Origin: Lingula anatina | Taxonomy: Eukaryota > Animalia > Brachiopoda | Direction of reading: 5' to 3' | DNA length: 64,000 nt | Assembly: GCA_051362555.1 (NCBI GenBank) | Contig: CM120642.1 | Location: 30,380,001-30,444,000 of the forward strand | In this document: piece after piece, positions 1-11,271 of the stretch | Position numbering within the stretch: position 1 is the first letter of the stretch | How the letters are laid out: the number at the start of each line of letters is the position of its first letter | Notes under the pieces: model-generated | Seen by the model: the letters and a program-made list of their open reading frames with translations, nothing else | Told to the model about the DNA's origin: nothing | Database searches by the model: none | Translations under genes and position numbers: made by a program

Positions 1-123
1 GAAAAATGAAAAAAAGAACTAAATAAATATGAACATTTTCACAATAGCTGAAACTGGTATGCAACCTTTAAGTGAACAATTTCAATTGCAGTACATTTAC
101 CACAAGTCTAGGAGTTCACTAAC

Positions 124-404
124 CTCATGCTGCTATCCTCTACCATCCTTGGGGCAGGAGGTGGAGATGGAAATGGCCTAGGCGTAGAGAGAGAAGAGGG
201 CTTCCTCCCCTTTTTACTCAATGGCTGTATGTCACTGTACATAATAAAAGAGCAAATGAATAATAATTTAGAAACATAATTCTTTTCCTTTCATAGCAAA
301 TAACATTTAAATACCACTCAAATACCATTTACCTTAGCAAAGACATACTGAGCATTAAAATAAATATTAATTTTTTAGTATGCACATGAGTTGGCCTTTA
401 TCCC

Positions 405-435
<31 letters not shown>

Positions 436-1522
436 ACACACACTCACAACCAAGATATCCTTTTTATTACTTAAAAAAAGAATTAACCTGTCATCAGATT
501 CCTCTTCTGCAAGTCTAGATGGCAGGTGTCTCCTTTTGTGCAAAAATAGCATTTAATACAGTGGTATATATTACTATAATCATGATGATTATATATATAT
601 TTAGAGTGTGAGTGATGCAACCATGGGAAAATGGAAATTTTACATTTTGATAAACATACAATTACAATTAATATAAGGCACTTTATGATGAAATAATAAA
701 GTATTTTCGGAATTTAACGCAATTTACTATAATGATGTATATAATGTCCCTCTCACCTCCTCTTAGCTTCTATGTCAGTCGTGTCCAGGTCAATATCACA
801 AATGTTTCGGTTCATTGATTTAACTGCTTTGGCGCACTTTTCCCTTGCCTTTCTATAGTCACCTAAAAATTACTGCCTAGTTAACATTGCTGTAGAATTT
901 GCCACTGACCAAATATTGCACACATTTTCATTTCTTATATTCCAAATTTATTGATAATGTTAAAGGGATAATATCTCTTCATATGAGATCAATATTCCAC
1001 AATAAAAACATTGTGAACAACTCATGGAAATATAATATATTCTGTTGTACCACAAAAACGACAGTTATGGCTATTATTCTTGTATCTGAGCTTGTCTTTA
1101 GACCACGTGACCTCCATACTCTGTTATAATCTCTTAAGAGATTATAACAAAAAAAAAAAAAAAAAAAACTTTTTGGAAAGAAACCAGGGACTAACTTTGA
1201 ATGTAAAAATGGATTCCTTAACCATTGGTAAGTATGGGAAAATAGTTGTTTACTCTAGGAAAATTCATTTTTTAGCCAAAATGAAGAGTTATTATCCCTT
1301 TAATTTAATTGGTTCCACACACTTACTAGTAGACTTCAACACTTTGCAGTCATACACATCCCAATCGCTATCTGGTGGCACACACTCCTCTATGGCTCTT
1401 CCACCTCTCATAACTATCTTGGGGGGCCAAAGACACTTATCGCCTTTGACCCATTCATCAGGGGCCACTGCCACTGAATTTTCCTCAGGGAAATATACGA
1501 TGTTGAACTTTGAGCGAGACAT
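124..1522 (-). CDS. DUF4806-like accessory gene, copy 1, first four coding exons (rest outside window)
   Basis: ATG at 1522 (MSRSKFNIVYFPEENSVAVAPDEW...CLWPP). GT-AG exons match those of the complete model in copy 2. Confidence 0.7.
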
Positions 1523-1574
1523 AATCTCCCTGTGATACAAATGTTATAAAAGTTAATAAAGTTATGCCTGTTTA

Positions 1575-3599
1575 TCACAGAAGGGGTAAAGTAATAAATT
1601 GGTTATTTAATGGCAATAAAACTAATTTTGATTTGATCTGCTCTGGACTGATGCTCACTAATCGACCACTCGGATTATTCACGGACCATATGTGTAGTCT
1701 ACTAGATTCCACAGGATATATAAAAAAATTTTCTTTTGTCATAAATGGTTGACATATCAATGTTCTTTCTTGATTGAAAGTGATAATATTTTTTATGATG
1801 AAAGGTGTTTGTCCAACATATATAGCATTATCTGGTTGTTTAACTGATAAAAAAAAATTTTCCATATGAAGTTCTTTATATTGTTTGCATTGCTGATATT
1901 CTTCTGGGACTGGTCCTCTGTGGTGTTCTTTTTTACAAAATGTTTGTGAAGATTTAATTTTTTTTTTCACATGTTCCCTTTCAGCAAGACGGCGTATGAC
2001 TTGTTGGAGTGGCAATTTTGGTTTGCGCACAAGTCTCTTTATAGTCTGAAGATAGTTTTCAAATGGGAAACTTGAAAAATTGTGTAAAACTCCATACATT
2101 TTAGCATGTGCAGCCAAATGAGTGAGCGAGTGAACGTTATAAATTATCTGTTCTGCACCATATGCCTCACTCATGTGCTCCACGAAAAGGGAGAGTATTT
2201 GACCAGCAAAATTACAGTAATCTCCACACAGTGTCTCACTACACAAAATGGTGATTGCTACAAAAAGCATAATAAAATGTTTATACAATGCATTTGGCAA
2301 TTTTCCTCTTAGAACAACAGGACCAGTATACATAAGAAAGGTTCGGAACTCCGTAGCCTTCCATCTTTCAATTTCTGATAAAGCCCGTCCTTTACGTAGA
2401 AATTCTCTGGGAAGAAAGTCTCTCATATTGTTTATACCATCTGAGATACACCTAATCATGTTACCCCCCAGTCTCACATGTAGTGGTCCATTCATCCACA
2501 GTGTCAACAACTTCTTCATAACCCCTAAACATACCAGGTGCATGTAATCTAGTGGAAATTGGCTGATCATGCCAATCCTCAAGGAAAGTAAATTTGACTC
2601 ACCACGTTGGTGTTCATCATACATCATCTCATTAAATGCAACATCAGTTCGAGGTTGTGCATTAGTTTGTGGAAAAGTCATACGGTGATTAACCCACTCA
2701 CCACTTTGAACACAGTTGTCACACCCATAATACCCTGTGTGACCTTTCACTTGTTTCACAAAGCTTCGGGCAGCTGTATCACAAACAAAATTTGATATCC
2801 TAACACTGAAATTTTTGTCATCATAAATTATACCAACTTGTTCTAAGTGTCTCATTTCTTCCACAAATTTATTCAGAAACTGATTAGCATCATTGGGTTT
2901 TGACTGTCCAATCCATAAGCCAATTACAAAGGGATCGGGCTTTTCCTCTTGTGGGAGTAAACCTAAAATTGGCCAAAAGGATTCAGTACTGCTCTTAAAA
3001 AGAGGCAAGCCATCAATATTTATCTGCAGAATGATTTCCTCTTGAGATGCAAGTTCCTGATGAGATGCCAATCTGCATTTTATTCCATATTCTATGCCAA
3101 AATGATGATAATTGCCTCCTGCAACTTGATCAATGATGTATGATTGTTTAGTTTGCAGGAGTGTCCGGCTGTCTTTTGGCAAAAAAGGAAAATATGGTTT
3201 TAAAATACCCAAAAGACTGTTTGCATGACTCAATGGAAGGTTGCTGGTAATCACCCAATCCCTCAGTTTCTTTGCAAAATCTTCATCTTCTTCACCATCT
3301 GAAGAACTAGTGTCCGACACGTCATCATTGCTGCTATCATCACTGAAATTGCTTTCAATATCAAAAGTCATATCCATATTTTCCTGATAACTGGCCTGTG
3401 AACAAGCAGATTCTTCATCAGAAACATCAGCTGTTGTCATTGTCTCCTCATGCTCAATGGTTTGCTCTGCAGGTAAGATGTCATTATCATCTTCACTAGA
3501 TGATTCATCATGAAGATTTGTTAGAATCTGCTGGGCAAGTTTCTCAGCATGACGACGTAATGTCCTGTCGCTGAGCACTGACTTTTTTCCGTCAGACAT
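1575..3599 (-). CDS. Intact EnSpm/CACTA-family (Tnp2/Transposase_21-like) DDE transposase, 674 aa
   Basis: Motifs INIDGLPLFKSS, CDTAARSFVKQVKGHTGYYGCDNC, PLDYMHLVCLGV, RWKATEFR, YNVHSLTHL and FPFENYL are typical of animal EnSpm-like transposases. Acidic N-terminus. Splice acceptor TTTGACAG immediately 5' of the ATG. Confidence 0.9.
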   Translation of the reverse strand: MSDGKKSVLSDRTLRRHAEKLAQQILTNLHDESSSEDDNDILPAEQTIEHEETMTTADVSDEESACSQASYQENMDMTFDIESNFSDDSSNDDVSDTSSSDGEEDEDFAKKLRDWVITSNLPLSHANSLLGILKPYFPFLPKDSRTLLQTKQSYIIDQVAGGNYHHFGIEYGIKCRLASHQELASQEEIILQINIDGLPLFKSSTESFWPILGLLPQEEKPDPFVIGLWIGQSKPNDANQFLNKFVEEMRHLEQVGIIYDDKNFSVRISNFVCDTAARSFVKQVKGHTGYYGCDNCVQSGEWVNHRMTFPQTNAQPRTDVAFNEMMYDEHQRGESNLLSLRIGMISQFPLDYMHLVCLGVMKKLLTLWMNGPLHVRLGGNMIRCISDGINNMRDFLPREFLRKGRALSEIERWKATEFRTFLMYTGPVVLRGKLPNALYKHFIMLFVAITILCSETLCGDYCNFAGQILSLFVEHMSEAYGAEQIIYNVHSLTHLAAHAKMYGVLHNFSSFPFENYLQTIKRLVRKPKLPLQQVIRRLAEREHVKKKIKSSQTFCKKEHHRGPVPEEYQQCKQYKELHMENFFLSVKQPDNAIYVGQTPFIIKNIITFNQERTLICQPFMTKENFFIYPVESSRLHIWSVNNPSGRLVSISPEQIKSKLVLLPLNNQFITLPLL

Positions 3600-4575
3600 T
3601 CTGTCAAATAATTGAAATATTTATCAACATTAGGTCCTGATAAGGTAGACTATTTCTGCTTGATGAACTACACATTTTAATGAGTAGTGATTACCTTAGT
3701 AAAAAAAAAAAATCAGTGCTGGTCATTTTAGTCAGTATGTGGCCCACATTTGTTATCTTGTTCACTTTTAAAGAAATAAATGGTGTTAATATGATTGATT
3801 TTGATATAATTTATTTTGTAAGTGAGCATATATATGACATAAATGAAAAACAGTTTTTTATATCCATACTGTAAACCCCAAATCTGGTGATGGCAAGTCG
3901 TTATAGTTGAGGAACACCAGCACCAATGCTTTGGTGTTAGGACAATCGAAATCTCCTTTTGCATTAAGTAACAACTCAGTGATAGTTTATACACTTTTAT
4001 TGCACTCAATGACAAGGCAGCAAAACTGTGAAATCTACAGCCATAAAAGCAATGCAATAATGCACAAAATGATAATGCTAGTGTGATTGGTGCAATCTCT
4101 CAGTTCTTCAGTGCTTAAGTTCTGTAAAGCTCCTAAGCATTTTTGATAATTATTAGTTAAAGGTACATATGAATGGAGTGTTGGTGGATCATGGATTCCC
4201 AGTAACACATATAAACCACTTCTACTAGTTTATGATACAACTAAAAAAAATTCGACATGCTAAGGGATAAACTGAATAAATCATTAAATCAGCCATAGAA
4301 AACATAGAAAAGCTTTAGACTGCTCCTTTTTTAAAATTTTAGTCAGAAATTTAACCTACTTTTGTTACCGTCTTTTCTGGCCTGGCCCAATCTTTAATAG
4401 CATTGAATATACAACATTTTATAGCTCAAAGTTAGTAAGATTAACATATAGAAAGGCAGTGTCAGTCATGGCAATTACTAATCATGTCTAGTAACAAATG
4501 CACAAAACTTGACATGCAAAGTAGACTGAGTTCAAAGGCAGATTATTATGTAATTGGAGTCAAGATCATGTCTAG

Positions 4576-4662
4576 AGAAGAATCTAGGGATCGAACCTAG
4601 GACCTCTTGCGCTAGGTAAATTAACGTTCTAGGCAAGTGCTCCACCACTGAGCTAATTCTCC
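4576..4662 (-). ncRNA. tRNA-like cassette (tRNA-Ala-like body, 15-nt insertion in anticodon loop)
   Basis: GGAGAAT-TA-GCTCAGTGGTGGAGC-A-CTTGC-CTAGAACGTTAATTTACCTAGC-GCAAG-AGGTC-CTAGG-TTCGATC-CCTAG-ATTCTTC-T. All four stems pair; A box and B box are present. Confidence 0.7.
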
Positions 4663-4999
4663 TTTTTTCTAAGATGCACTCCAACCTGCCAAATAAACCC
4701 AAATCAGTTGTCTCCTTATTAATGCGGGATACTGCCAATTGTCAAGTTAGATTCTAAAATTAATATGGGAGATAGCATTTTGATTGTTATTATTATATTG
4801 GGAGCATATGGGAAATAATTAACATGTGAAAGTAGAACTTACACATTTATAGGTCTAAGTTAGTAAGATTAACATATAGAAATGGAGTGTCAGTAATGGC
4901 AATTACTATGTCTAGCAACAATTGCACAAAACTTGACATGCAAAGTAGACTGAGTTCAAAGGCAGATTATTATGTAAGTGGAGTCAATATCATGTCTAG

Positions 5000-5086
5000 A
5001 GAAGAATCTAGGGATCGGACCTAGGACCTCTTGCGCTAGGTAAATTAACGTTCTAGGCAAGTGCTCTACCACTGAGCTAATTCTCC
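5000..5086 (-). ncRNA. Second tRNA-like cassette of EnSpm copy 1
   Basis: Same cloverleaf with D loop AGTGGTA; B box variant GGTCCGATCC. Confidence 0.6.
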
Positions 5087-5330
5087 TCTTTTTTAAATGA
5101 ACTCCAAACTGCCAAATAAACCCAAATCAATTATCCACATTCAGTTAGATTACTGACAAATGTCATGTCAGATTCTACACTAAATATGGATTTGGTGAAA
5201 CATAGTTTTGCATTGATTATGGTTGATAAGCATGCAAGGTAAGAATGTACACAAACATCAGGTGTCATCAAACACTTACATCAACCGACAAAAATATGTA
5301 GGGATTGCCCTATTCACTAGAAAAATTGCT

Positions 5331-5382
<52 letters not shown>

Positions 5383-5930
5383 GTATATTAACAATAGGTA
5401 CAGTAATCTTCCCTTCGACTTGGTGAAATTGTATCTGAATTTGTCATATCGGCGCTGAGCAGTAGGTGAGCGGGGAAAAATTATATCTTAATTATACTAT
5501 AAAATTTTCTCGGTATAATTTCCATGTGTAAATATTTGGAAATACTTCAAGAGAAGGCTCTGGAGTACCGGTAGCTTAACTACAAACTAAATAGGTCAAG
5601 TAAGGTTCGCACCAAATACGCAATGTTGATGTCCCAACTAGCACATCGAATGAAAAATGAGTCACATCCAGGAAGCGGGTCGTTGCTTTTGCTTTTGGTT
5701 TATTACGTCTTATCGGGTCTTTTGCTTGAATCTTATTATAAAAATGGTGAATAAAACCGCGACGGGGCCACAATAAAAAAAAAGACAATGTTCTCCGGTT
5801 AGCTACTTTTTTCACTTAGATTCGTCACAACAGCACAATTCCTGCATAACATACCGTTTAACAAATATATACTATGTATACAATTTAATCGTACAGTATG
5901 TCTACAAGTATTAACATTGTATTAAAGTAA

Positions 5931-6200
5931 ACTTACCTTCTTACAATAAAGCACAGCACGTACGTCCAACTCGGTGGGAGAGCTGACAGACAACGCAGTC
6001 GTCTCGCGACGTCGCCGCATGCTTTCGTAGCGTGCATCCGTCGCGTGTTGGACGTCATGTGATATTTGGAAGCCAATAAATATTGCACATTCCGTAACAG
6101 GTTTAAAAAGACCTTATAATCGTCTTCGTCGCTCTGGGGATAATGCAATAAGTAGCCACGGACACAAATTTGGCGTGTATTTAAAATTTGACCGTATAAC
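5931..6200 (-). promoter_or_regulatory. Putative CpG-rich promoter and non-coding first exon of the EnSpm element
   Basis: CpG-dense island next to the terminus, CCAAT and TGACGTC motifs, and a consensus donor AAG|GTAAGT at 5936-5931 facing both genes. Confidence 0.5.
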
Positions 6201-6555
6201 AACTACATCGCTGGTGGCCCGACGGTGGGCCACCGATGGCTATCGACGGAAAGTAGCGCTCTTTCCGTCGTCGGCCCGCCAACTACACATCGCTAATGTA
6301 TAGACGGCGGGCCAACAGCGGCCAGCTAGCGACGTATCAACGTTATATGCGTAGCTCCCCAGATAGCATGTCGCCGGTGGGCCGACGTTGGGCCACCGAC
6401 TCCAACTACGTCGGCCCACCAGCTACTGTCGCCGGTGGGCCTACGTTGGCCTGACCATCGGTCCAACGTTGGCCCACCAGCGACATACAGCTTGAGCGGC
6501 CCAACGTCGGCCCACCGGCGACAAGTAGCTGGTGGGCCGACGTAGGTCCACTGCT
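6200..6555. repeat. Junction of copies 1 and 2: CACTA-type subterminal repeats and left TIR CCCAGATAGCATG at 6358
   Basis: Many direct and inverted GGTGGGCC(G/A)ACG and CGTCGGCCCACC motifs; the 13-bp TIR is complementary to CATGCTATCTGGG at 37040-37052 and 37080-37092. Confidence 0.88.
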
Positions 6556-6809
6556 TTTATCTATTTTTTATTTTCTTTATTATTCATTAATTCATTGATT
6601 TATTAATTTTTTGATAATTATATTATCATTATTATTGTCATATATAATAGACAAAACACAATGTAATATTTCAAGAGTGTTTAATCTTCTGTAATATTTC
6701 TTCCTTAAAATACAACAACGTGGCAAGTTATAATGGACCTTGAGATATTAAAAAAAACCCCATAAATTCTATTCCTAAAGTATAGAAAACATAGGTAATC
6801 TTCCACTAT

Positions 6810-7445
6810 GAGATATGGCCTCAACCCCTCCCCAAGCCATACCAGTTACACTTATCTTTCCTTGCAGTAACACTTTTAAAGGAACAAAAAACATTCATCT
6901 TACAAATCTTCAAACAACAGCATATATAAAATACTTAAGTTAACTCCATTCAACACTGTTTCTGTACCCACATGGTAACAAATCTGTTTGAATGCATGTG
7001 CCTGTAGGTTTAAGCATTTAATAGGGTTAACAAATGGGAATTATTTTATATAAAATGGCCTCCCAACAAATCCCAAAGCCATACCAGTCTTATACAGTCT
7101 TTACTTGCACTATTTAATGCAATCATTCACCTCACAAGCTTTCCAACAACAACATCATATAAAATACTTAGTTAACTCTATTCAAAAACTTTTTCTAGTA
7201 CTGTATCTGGTAAAATATTCATTTGCACGAAACATAAACTGTCATAAACATATGCATATATACCGGTATGTCCATTCAGCAGTACAGGGAAATAAATTTT
7301 CTTATATTTCCAAAGCCATACCAGTCTAATGCTGTCTTTACTTGCAGCAAATAACACTATGTAGGAACAATATCGTTCATATCACAAAATGTACAAACAA
7401 CAACATAAAAAATTCTACGTTAACTCTATTCAATACTCTAACTGC
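6810..7445. repeat. Three degenerate ~240-bp internal repeats downstream of the accessory gene (also ~24535-25170)
   Basis: AAGCCATACCAGT...CTTGCA...CAACA...GTTAACTC(T/C)ATTCAA recurs near 6833, 7075 and 7312. Confidence 0.7.
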
Positions 7446-7704
7446 AACATATCTGTTTGAAAGAACCAAGCATGAGTGCTTTAATTTGTAGTCAGAACAA
7501 TTTAAACAGTCAAAAACGTCATATACCGGGTACATGTTCATGTAGATCCAAGCACAGTTAGTCTATGTCTTCAACAAATATCCCCTAACCTTAATTATTA
7601 GTCAATCTTGACTACGGTATCCAAATTTAATTTCTCAATAAGCATGTAACATGATACATACTTTCAACTCAGGACCAAAAAAAAAAAACAAAAAAAAAAA
7701 AACA

Positions 7705-9312
7705 TCAGTCTGAATCCGAGGATGATGATACAATTGTCTCTTGCAAAGCCTGGACTCTGTCTTTTTCTGAAAATAACACATTGAAGTGATTGCAAGTGAT
7801 TGTCCATCATATCCCTATTAAACTGAAGTGTTTACATGTAAATTCAACATAACTAAAAGGATTGGCATGGAGATCAACATCATCAGAATGAGAATAAACT
7901 GTTCTATTTAAGAAACCAACTGATACATGTAGTGCAAACATGGAAAAGAATCTTATTTTTGTATTAAAAAAGTAATTTCAATTTTTTAGATATGTGTTAA
8001 AAGAGACAAAAGAAAATAAATATGATTAAATACAAGGATGTAATACATACCAATCTTCTTCAACAATCTTCGCTGCCTTCCTCCCTCCCTGTCGCTGGCA
8101 TTTTTCAACCATGTCTTCATGATTCTTTCTGTGTCACTTTCCTTGATACCATTTTTTTTGGCAGCATCTGTTAAAGTTAAAACATTTTTAAATATATTTC
8201 AGTTTTATTACAACCAAATTAAGGCGTGAGAGGTGATAGAGTGGGAAAATATTACATCATGAAAAATTATTTTGACTCACCAGCAGTCACATACTTACCA
8301 TGCAGGACTCTGGCAATTCTGCTTTTGCACAGACCACATTTTTCTTTACTGCCATCCCCTCTAGCACGGCCCTTCCAGTTGAATAAAGTTGCCATAGGAG
8401 ATGTCATAAGCGCTTCCATCATCCTATATATGGTGTTTTCCTGCCCTGTCCCCCCAAGAGTTGTCAGGTGACGGACCTACAACAAGTGACATTCAGACAG
8501 TCTAATGCATTTTTTTAATGCAATTTAATGGAAAGAATTAAATTACCCTTTAACAGCACTCTTCCTTATTTAGTTATACTACTTTCGTCTGTGCCACAGG
8601 TTAAAAATCTCCTACTGGAATAATCAAAATTACATTCCTAACCATTGATTAATACTAAAAACCAAATTAGTTGTTATAATTAAAGGAAGTTGACAAAAAA
8701 AAATATCTTATCAAAAATATCTTATCAAACACAGTGTTTTATAGAATACTCACAAGAGCTTTGGATTTGGACCGATCTTGCAGTACATCTTCTAATCTTT
8801 GGAAATCTTCCATTGATCTGATGGGAAGATCCAGATCTTCCACCATCTGGCTGGTGTCCTCATCCACTTTTTGCCTGTTGTATATGGCCTGGAGCAGTGC
8901 TGTGTTTTTTTTAGTTTGCAACAAAATCTGTTGCAAAATTACCATATGTTCCCTGTCATTTAAAAAAGTTCCCTGCATTATCCAATATTCAACTTCAAAA
9001 TAAGGGTACAATTAGAAAGACATTGGACAGCTGACAATTTAGAAACATGTAAAACTTGCTAGCTGACATTCACTTCAAAATAAACAACTGGCAACAACAA
9101 ATTAATGTTTGTCACACATACCTCTCAGCTGATCTGTGGGTCAATCCAGAAGAACTGGTGCTAGGTGCACTGCAAGAGAAGTAGCACATACAGTAAATTT
9201 TGCCATAATAATAATATGATTACAATAAATGTTCATCAACTTGGAGAATGCGTTTCACTTCAATTTAATTAAAGTTACTAATCAAATTAAATTATATTAT
9301 AAAAATAATTCA

Positions 9313-9353
<41 letters not shown>

Positions 9354-11271
9354 CATTTAAAGTCATTATTCTCTTCTTTGCATATATATATAAACTTATT
9401 TTACATTTCCTTAGGGGATAACGGCCTGCTATGGAGTGTCTGAATTGATGATATTGGTCTTTCTCTTTCTACTGGTACACCATCACTGATACAAAAAAAA
9501 AAGGTCAAATTTAAAACAAAAATTATCATCCAAATTTCGTTCTAGACGGTGTTGGTGACTGAATTTTTTATAACCAATGGAAAGGTGATTATGCAGTCTT
9601 CAATTAAAGGAATTGCATATATTTGACATTTATCAAGTCTCAACTGGAGTTAACTAACCTCATGCTGCCATCCTCCAGAGAGAGAGAGCTAGAAGATTTC
9701 TTCCCATTCTTTTCTAAATTCTGTATGCCACTGTATATGATTGAAAAAAAAAAAAAAAACAAGGAAAAATGAAAAAAAGAACTAAATAAATATGAACATT
9801 TTCACAATAGCTGAAACTGGTATGCAACCTTTAAGTGAACAATTTCAATTGCAGTACATTTACCACAAGTCTAGGAGTTCACTAACCTCATGCTGCTATC
9901 CTCTACCATCCTTGGGGCAGGAGGTGGAGATGGAAATGGCCTAGGCGTAGAGAGAGAAGAGGGCTTCCTCCCCTTTTTACTCAATGGCTGTATGTCACTG
10001 TACATAATAAAAGAGCAAATGAATAATAATTTAGAAACATAATTCTTTTCCTTTCATAGCAAATAACATTTAAATACCACTCAAATACCATTTACCTTAG
10101 CAAAGACATACTGAGCATTAAAATAAATATTAATTTTTTAGTATGCACATGAGTTGGCCTTTATCCCCCCCCCCCCACACACACACACACACACTCACAA
10201 CCAAGATATCCTTTTTATTACTTAAAAAAAGAATTAACCTGTCATCAGATTCCTCTTCTGCAAGTCTAGATGGCAGGTGTCTCCTTTTGTGCAAAAATAG
10301 CATTTAATACAGTGGTATATATTACTATAATCATGATGATTATATATATATTTAGAGTGTGAGTGATGCAACCATGGGAAAATGGAAATTTTACATTTTG
10401 ATAAACATACAATTACAATTAATATAAGGCACTTTATGATGAAATAATAAAGTATTTTCGGAATTTAACGCAATTTACTATAATGATGTATATAATGTCC
10501 CTCTCACCTCCTCTTAGCTTCTATGTCAGTCGTGTCCAGGTCAATATCACAAATGTTTCGGTTCATTGATTTAACTGCTTTGGCGCACTTTTCCCTTGCC
10601 TTTCTATAGTCACCTAAAAATTACTGCCTAGTTAACATTGCTGTAGAATTTGCCACTGACCAAATATTGCACACATTTTCATTTCTTATATTCCAAATTT
10701 ATTGATAATGTTAAAGGGATAATATCTCTTCATATGAGATCAATATTCCACAATAAAAACATTGTGAACAACTCATGGAAATATAATATATTCTGTTGTA
10801 CCACAAAAACGACAGTTATGGCTATTATTCTTGTATCTGAGCTTGTCTTTAGACCACGTGACCTCCATACTCTGTTATAATCTCTTAAGAGATTATAACA
10901 AAAAAAAAAAAAAAAAACTTTTTGGAAAGAAACCAGGGACTAACTTTGAATGTAAAAATGGATTCCTTAACCATTGGTAAGTATGGGAAAATAGTTGTTT
11001 ACTCTAGGAAAATTCATTTTTTAGCCAAAATGAAGAGTTATTATCCCTTTAATTTAATTGGTTCCACACACTTACTAGTAGACTTCAACACTTTGCAGTC
11101 ATACACATCCCAATCGCTATCTGGTGGCACACACTCCTCTATGGCTCTTCCACCTCTCATAACTATCTTGGGGGGCCAAAGACACTTATCGCCTTTGACC
11201 CATTCATCAGGGGCCACTGCCACTGAATTTTCCTCAGGGAAATATACGATGTTGAACTTTGAGCGAGACAT
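7705..11271 (-). CDS. 11-exon DUF4806-like accessory (TnpA-analogous) protein of the EnSpm element, copy 2, apparently intact
   Basis: Hand-spliced GT-AG exons keep frame throughout: MSRSKF..KST / SDYRKAREKC.. / five Ser/Pro-rich phase-2 exons / EHMVILQQ..LPIRSMEDFQRLED..AL / VRHLTTLGG..MMEALM..FNWKGR.. / DAAKK..IMKTWLKNASDREGGRQRR.. / EKDRVQ..SDSD*. The LP-x-S..L..LGG..FNWKG..WL..A.DR.GGR pattern matches DUF4806 proteins of animal EnSpm elements. Confidence 0.78.

Larger units (their letters stand above)
4415..5190. repeat. Diverged 424-bp tandem duplication, one tRNA-like cassette per unit
   Basis: AAGTTAGTAAGATTAACATATAGAAA...CCAAATAAACCCAAATCA occurs twice; the cassettes are offset by 424 bp. 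Confidence 0.85.
1..6357 (-). mobile_element. EnSpm/CACTA-type (CMC) DNA transposon, copy 1 (left part outside window; terminal 38 bp displaced)
   Basis: Near-identical to copies 2 and 3. Carries an intact transposase. Ends in GC-rich subterminal GGCCC/GGGCC repeats and joins at ...GTAGCTC|CCCAGATAGCATG to the next copy. Confidence 0.88.

Noticed and set aside
899-2795. Short plus-strand ORFs repeated in every copy
   Set aside because: Antisense shadows of the transposase and accessory exons, or AT-rich intron ORFs; their recurrence reflects only the recent duplication.
6200-6555. CRISPR-like or satellite array in the GC-rich palindromic repeats (also 30522-30990, 33520-33725)
   Set aside because: Irregular spacing with no constant repeat and unique spacer pattern; these are ordinary CACTA-type subterminal repeats next to TIRs.
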